The position numbers and the translations under genes are program-made. Positions 59,801-64,000 of a stretch of DNA of 64,000 nt are shown piece by piece. The DNA lies in the IMG/VR virus record IMGVR_UViG_3300033153_008530, positions 1 through 64,000 of that record; one strand, given 5' to 3'. Source of the DNA: a virus. Every line of letters starts with the position of its first letter. The first letter of the stretch is position 1. The notes under the pieces were generated by a model that was not told the origin of the DNA, did not search any database, and worked only from the letters and a program-made list of their open reading frames with translations.

Positions 59801-62089
59801 AGCTTTAGATACAGGTATATCAGTTGATATATCCTGATAAATAGAATCCATTCTTTCTAATGCTCTATCAAATGAATGTGTCATAAAAACTGCACGTTTT
59901 AGTGCTTTGTCATATGCAAGTTGACGTATACCTTCATCTTCCCATTCTTTAGAACCAAAATCAAATTTGTTTGCATTAAAAGGATTAGTAAATCTTTTTG
60001 AAACATATTCATATCTTGCTTCTATTCTTTTTGATCTTTCAATAGTCTTATCAATTTTAGCATGAAAATCTTTTTTAGAAACAGCAAGTTTGTCTAATGA
60101 GTAACCATAAGCTTCTTTTAATTCTTCATTGCTCATGTTTTTCATTCCTTCTAACCTTTCTCTATAGAAATTCATTTTTCCAGTTTGAATTGCCGTTACA
60201 ACATGATTATAAATACTTTCATCTTTTAAATCTTGCCATGCTTTTCTATCACCATTACGTTCTGCTTCATTCATAGCTGATGCAAGCTTTCTGTTAAGAG
60301 ACATATTTTCCATATCAGGTGCAAAATATTTAAATGGATCAGCATACATCTGATTAAGTTGTTCTGCTACTTTGTCTCTATCTTCTTTACGTTTAGCATT
60401 TTTAGCTTTATATCCTTCTTTATCAGACATATATTCTAATGCTTTTGCGCTATATGTAGGTATTTTAATTATTGGTTGTACAAGACCTCCCATTAAGAAA
60501 CCAGACATAAAAATTTCAAAACCTTGTTGAGAATACTGTTTAGATATATTATTTGCAATATTTGTATAAATACCACCTCTTGCTGGATCATTCTTATATA
60601 GTTCAGTATAGTAATCAGTTGCAGTACCTCCAATTATTTCCTGCATAGTCTCTTGAATTCCTTCAGCAAAGTTTGCTTTAAAATATGATAAACCTATTCT
60701 ACCATATGTTCCAGGCATATATACACTTTTTGCAAGATTTTTAAAATTCTTTTCCTGAAATGAAAAGACATCATCAAGACCTTTTTTTGCTGCTTTTCTA
60801 TTATATACTAACCTTGCACCTAATGCATGTTCAAGCGCTCCTCCTCCTGCTTTAGTGTAAGGTCTAAAACCTCTGAACATATTGTCAAACACTATTCTAT
60901 TAGAAAATAAAATAACTGGTAAATTCCACCCAACTGTAGCAAATCCTGCTTTTTGACCTGTCTCTGCTATTTCTCTTGCTTCCTCAGAAGTTGGATTTTT
61001 TCCATTTTCTTGATAAAAATCATTAAATAACTTTGCAGATACTTCATTAGCTACTAATCCACCTTCAAGTTTAGATTCTGCTAATGCAAAATTAATTTCA
61101 CGTACATCTCTATAAAAAGATCCAAAAAAACTATGTGCTTTTGTAAACTCAGTTATGTTATCTGCGTTTCTAAACCCTTTAACATAATCAAATGTTCTTT
61201 CAAAAGGATTAATAAATCTACCCGCACCTCTGCCTAAGTTTTTCCAAAACTGTCTTGCTGTGCTAACATCATTTAATCCTTTAAATGCTTTTGTTGTTGA
61301 CTTTACTGCATTTCCAAATTTATTTACAGGTAATCCTTTTGCAATTCTACCCATACCACTTGCAAAACGTGAGGCACCTAATCCAAATGTAGAACCTCCT
61401 GTAAGAGCGCCTACACCTAAAAGAGCTGCTTCTTCCATGGCCATTTCTGCAAGAATACCAAATGTATGTGCACTATTTAGAATCAGATTGTTTGTGAATG
61501 CACCAACTCCTCCTCTTGAACTATACCCAACTGCCATTGCTTTAGCTTGTTCCTCAGCTGTTTCAAGATCTGGAGACATTGGTCTACCTGTGAACATATC
61601 ACCCCAACTTCTAAAACCACTTTTAATACCACTCCACATTAAATTAAAAAACTGATCATTACCTCTTTGCCAATCTTCATATGGAGTACTATTTTGATTA
61701 TAGTAAGAGTCATTATTTCTCCATGGATTAAAATCTAATTTTTCAAAAGCTGGATGTGTATAATATCTAGCAAAGTTAGCTCCAGTATAACTTGCATCAT
61801 AATATGTATTAGCTCCCATTTTATAGGGGTTAGCAGCATGTGAAGGTGCAGTTTGGAATGAATTCAACATATATGCATTCATATCATCTGGTGAAGGAAG
61901 TTCAGGGGGTTGTGAAAGATTACCTGCATATCTGTTTGACATGGCGTATCTTGAAGGCGCATTTGTACCATACTGGTCTGGTGTAAGAATACCTTGTTGC
62001 TGTAATATATCGTCTACTGCAAGAGAGATCTGATTAGGTCTGTCCCCTAACATCTTATCTAAAGGATCTATGTTATTATTATCTGACAT
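56825..62089 (-). CDS. large virion-ejected protein with a zincin domain
   Basis: Gly/Ala-rich membrane-like segments, EGIQETMQ, HEIIH...EEFVAEA. Confidence 0.75.
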   Translation of the reverse strand: MSDNNNIDPLDKMLGDRPNQISLAVDDILQQQGILTPDQYGTNAPSRYAMSNRYAGNLSQPPELPSPDDMNAYMLNSFQTAPSHAANPYKMGANTYYDASYTGANFARYYTHPAFEKLDFNPWRNNDSYYNQNSTPYEDWQRGNDQFFNLMWSGIKSGFRSWGDMFTGRPMSPDLETAEEQAKAMAVGYSSRGGVGAFTNNLILNSAHTFGILAEMAMEEAALLGVGALTGGSTFGLGASRFASGMGRIAKGLPVNKFGNAVKSTTKAFKGLNDVSTARQFWKNLGRGAGRFINPFERTFDYVKGFRNADNITEFTKAHSFFGSFYRDVREINFALAESKLEGGLVANEVSAKLFNDFYQENGKNPTSEEAREIAETGQKAGFATVGWNLPVILFSNRIVFDNMFRGFRPYTKAGGGALEHALGARLVYNRKAAKKGLDDVFSFQEKNFKNLAKSVYMPGTYGRIGLSYFKANFAEGIQETMQEIIGGTATDYYTELYKNDPARGGIYTNIANNISKQYSQQGFEIFMSGFLMGGLVQPIIKIPTYSAKALEYMSDKEGYKAKNAKRKEDRDKVAEQLNQMYADPFKYFAPDMENMSLNRKLASAMNEAERNGDRKAWQDLKDESIYNHVVTAIQTGKMNFYRERLEGMKNMSNEELKEAYGYSLDKLAVSKKDFHAKIDKTIERSKRIEARYEYVSKRFTNPFNANKFDFGSKEWEDEGIRQLAYDKALKRAVFMTHSFDRALERMDSIYQDISTDIPVSKAKAHDFNLLFDSKDESTELALGSIYKEIELLKKEVEQFSEGDQTFKAVKKSKQLKLDALKELKDSIEEYKNNLEEESITNAKVEAGQLEFDFDQVKKQMTSKEKLFDKYKNYLEVIAKINSGHVFNEDIEASFEKLADYYKLENESINLTNSVNILLDPSGAPMINSARREASIMKETYKRKKEDIAHLLNLYEDISDDNGLFQSLYEAGYFFDPDDAQAFKTDKILPATFYRVTDLEEITQDTHPEDWVKILEIVNKWSEVTGKPIPEARADTRYDPRGRSKYKNDKRTYKDYAEQFGFDPDSAESTVLQRVVLQSIIDSGSLSTPREKKLAAALLMKTNATDTIKFVNNLSTPGVYDTESGDVYIDVRYSSIDYTAGQNAIEHTILHEIIHRLTVKGLRTDTEYRTAIEEIWKKTVDYYLANTGKIGIVPYGLKDIEEFVAEAMTNDNFQKLLKEIKWDDAKTSAWQEFLKAVTRFLNKALGIKTGNTVLDQTIALTTEYIDQTNTGKQDPKDNDGPDLGFTPDTKIEDLPAPLIEQLKKGLETHNKRKEAIDEKPIGLKEYIENTNSAAVIIAKYNQSLKTDKKKVKKKSKKLSKKDDIARRAKDAIDNISEDIEDLDDERSRKVFTTIYEKSNGEKVQLEASSKKALIKKISDRRNNELIALKEGMPSAKELEGLTDIEKEKLGIRISSDILTPEEIENIQEKEGRKVLVVNATRATQIGLKTKNQIGHIVIGDKVYTLVHHGRIPVGDIVVDDLIVDTEDTTIKTWLKKGELHAYDIVEVEKEIKEADPEDIDINMQIHRVLSSQYKNIKTFKDLEKWSKAAEKLLTLNSKLRSSIIIDGRSLNSDLITDMYNIKKELIKFSFDDVKAKMLLSPINPGKDISGPVMVVKVSKNQIIAQDQKGNELVIKRETFDKQIRGVVEGTKFVKPEITEVITGEDAESINETKDAALDIGDDSDKVKEIIKLSDDKTDDEDISALEDEPPCSPT

Positions 62090-62094
62090 TTAAC

Positions 62095-63999
62095 TTAAAA
62101 TTGTGACTGACTATCTAATATTTCATTAACTCTCTTTTCCACGTCAAGTGGTTGCCATGGTTTATACACTGCTTGATCTAAACTATTACCCATACCACCG
62201 TCTTGTGTAAACCATGCAGGCACCTGAGCTTTACCATTTTTAATTTCTCGTGCAAGAATACTCATCTGTCTATTATAGGCATCCTGCATAGCGAACTTAT
62301 TAACATAGAAATCTCTAGTTTTATCTGCATCAACAAAATTAATGGGACCTAAAAACTGTGTTTCTTCTTTTAATATTTTATGTACTAATTGGTTGTTACC
62401 CTCTGCATCAACTTGAACTTCATAACCTTTTAATTGATATGTTGAAAATAGTCCACCTTCTTTTGCAAATATCTTTACTCTTCCTGCAGTTTTATCATAA
62501 GTATCAATTACATATCCTTCATCACCATTTTCTCTTATAAGTAAATCTGTTTTAGTAAATGCAGAACTTGTTTTCATAACATGATCTGTTTTATCTGCTT
62601 TTTGATATATTGTAAAACCTTCTCCACTAGCTAGAAGATTTAAAAACTCAGCATCATTTGAATCTTTAATTTTACCTTTAAACCAATCTTTATGTTTTGC
62701 TTGCCATTCCAAATTTGGTTGAATATGAGCAACAGTCCAGTCTGCGTCATTCCCAGCTATATTTTGATATGAAAAGTTTGCCCATGCTCTATTTGTCTGT
62801 TTAAGTAATTCTTTAGTAGGATTAAATCTCTGTGCATCTCTATCTCCAAAAAATTGCATTGCTATAGTCTGAGCTAAATCTGAATGTTGAGGAATTTTTC
62901 CTACAGCTGGTCCACCAACTGATACATGATAATTTGATTGATCTCCTTGTAGTTGAAGAAAATTTCTTTGTATATCATCTAGATTTACATTAGCAATTGA
63001 CGTTTTATCAGCAGGATCTGAATACATATTTGCTGCCATTGTAGTTTCTGCAGTTGCTCCTTTACCCCAGCCTCCATAACCTGTAGCATTTTTCTGATAT
63101 GAATCTCCATATGCGTTTACTAAGTCATCATATAAGTCATTTATATTATTTGTACGAGTAGCAGGATAACGATTTTTAAATTGAACTGATCCAAAATAGT
63201 CACTACCAAATGTTAGTCCTTTTAAAACAAGATTCCTAAAACTTTTTAAAGTTTGATAACCATCTCTAAGAGATAAGGTTGGTTTAGAATTATAATTATA
63301 TGCTACTACTTTGGATAAAGATTGTTCTTTACCATTAATAATGACTTTTTTATTTGGATCAATTCTATCTAAATAAACATTATTATCACCATTTAAGTGT
63401 TCTTGATAAGTAGGCATTGCACTCTCCACTAACTCCCTAAACTCTTCTCTTGTTGGAAATTTAAAATAGTCACCATCTAAATAATTACCCGCCCAGTCCT
63501 GACGTCTTGCAAACATATCAAGGAGCATTGGTGCCCAGTCCATGCCTTCACCTAGAGATATAGGTAAAGCATCCAAGGCAGCTCTATTATTTTTATTAGA
63601 TAATTTACCAATTGCTGTTAAGGTCTCTTGCTTTGTTTTATTATCTTCAATTGCTGTTGCATTCTTAAGGAAAAAATTTGGTATTGATGCGTTTTTATCA
63701 TTAGCATACCAGCTTGTTGCAATATCATAACCTTTCCATTTTCCTCCTCTTAATGATATTATTTCATGATACAAAGATTGTTGTTGTGCAGCATCTAAAG
63801 TTCCAAGATATTTGTCTATTATTCCAGCATACTCTCCTCCTTTAGCTTTTTGAACTTTGTAAAGAACCTCCATAATTTTACTACTACTCTTTTTGTTATT
63901 CCATTGCCTATTTTCTATATTATCTAGAAAACTTGCTGCAAATGAGCCTGATATGTTTCCTTCTTCCTGATGATGCATTTTAGCATCAATAAACAATTC
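62095..63999 (-). CDS. large virion or ejection protein (5' end outside the window)
   Basis: Frame stays open to the window edge; same operon as the RNAP gene. Confidence 0.65.
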   Translation of the reverse strand, partial: ELFIDAKMHHQEEGNISGSFAASFLDNIENRQWNNKKSSSKIMEVLYKVQKAKGGEYAGIIDKYLGTLDAAQQQSLYHEIISLRGGKWKGYDIATSWYANDKNASIPNFFLKNATAIEDNKTKQETLTAIGKLSNKNNRAALDALPISLGEGMDWAPMLLDMFARRQDWAGNYLDGDYFKFPTREEFRELVESAMPTYQEHLNGDNNVYLDRIDPNKKVIINGKEQSLSKVVAYNYNSKPTLSLRDGYQTLKSFRNLVLKGLTFGSDYFGSVQFKNRYPATRTNNINDLYDDLVNAYGDSYQKNATGYGGWGKGATAETTMAANMYSDPADKTSIANVNLDDIQRNFLQLQGDQSNYHVSVGGPAVGKIPQHSDLAQTIAMQFFGDRDAQRFNPTKELLKQTNRAWANFSYQNIAGNDADWTVAHIQPNLEWQAKHKDWFKGKIKDSNDAEFLNLLASGEGFTIYQKADKTDHVMKTSSAFTKTDLLIRENGDEGYVIDTYDKTAGRVKIFAKEGGLFSTYQLKGYEVQVDAEGNNQLVHKILKEETQFLGPINFVDADKTRDFYVNKFAMQDAYNRQMSILAREIKNGKAQVPAWFTQDGGMGNSLDQAVYKPWQPLDVEKRVNEILDSQSQF

Positions 64000-64000
64000 A

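Noticed and set aside
38392-63730. Short plus-strand ORFs inside the giant genes
   Set aside because: They are antisense shadows with low-complexity translations
1-64000. Stop-codon reassignment or suppressor tRNAs, as in some crAss-like phages
   Set aside because: The giant ORFs are intact in the standard code, TAG and TGA end well-packed genes, and no tRNA was seen

Overview
About 64 kb of an AT-rich, lytic, crAss-like (Crassvirales-type) phage, most likely infecting an environmental Bacteroidota/Flavobacteriaceae host. It uses the standard genetic code. Layout: (i) 1-3940, minus strand: the end of a late block of LamG/ConA-like tail proteins; (ii) about 4000-8600, plus strand: an early region of small monocistronic cassettes; (iii) 8667-36656, plus strand: middle and replication genes (HNH, SF2 helicase, MazG-like, GH73 muramidase, vWA plus MoxR AAA, UNG, DnaB, Sak4-like AAA_24, SSB, primase, RuvC, PD-(D/E)XK exonuclease, PolB, DUF932-like), with an antisense holin/spanin-like island; (iv) 36794-64000, minus strand: the giant virion-ejected proteins, including the 3584-aa virion RNA polymerase (DFDID motif). 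The most notable signal is in the early region. Eight intergenic copies of CAACTCCYYR each head a cassette, and seven of them lie just after a terminator-like hairpin or U-tract. Two of these cassettes hold no ORF and look like structured non-coding RNAs. One is a roughly 385-nt, multi-domain RNA (6392-6778) whose ends pair and which is flanked by 18-bp direct repeats. More RNA-like elements with complementary loops cluster at 8138-8611. All functional calls come from reading motifs by eye; no database searches or folding programs were run.
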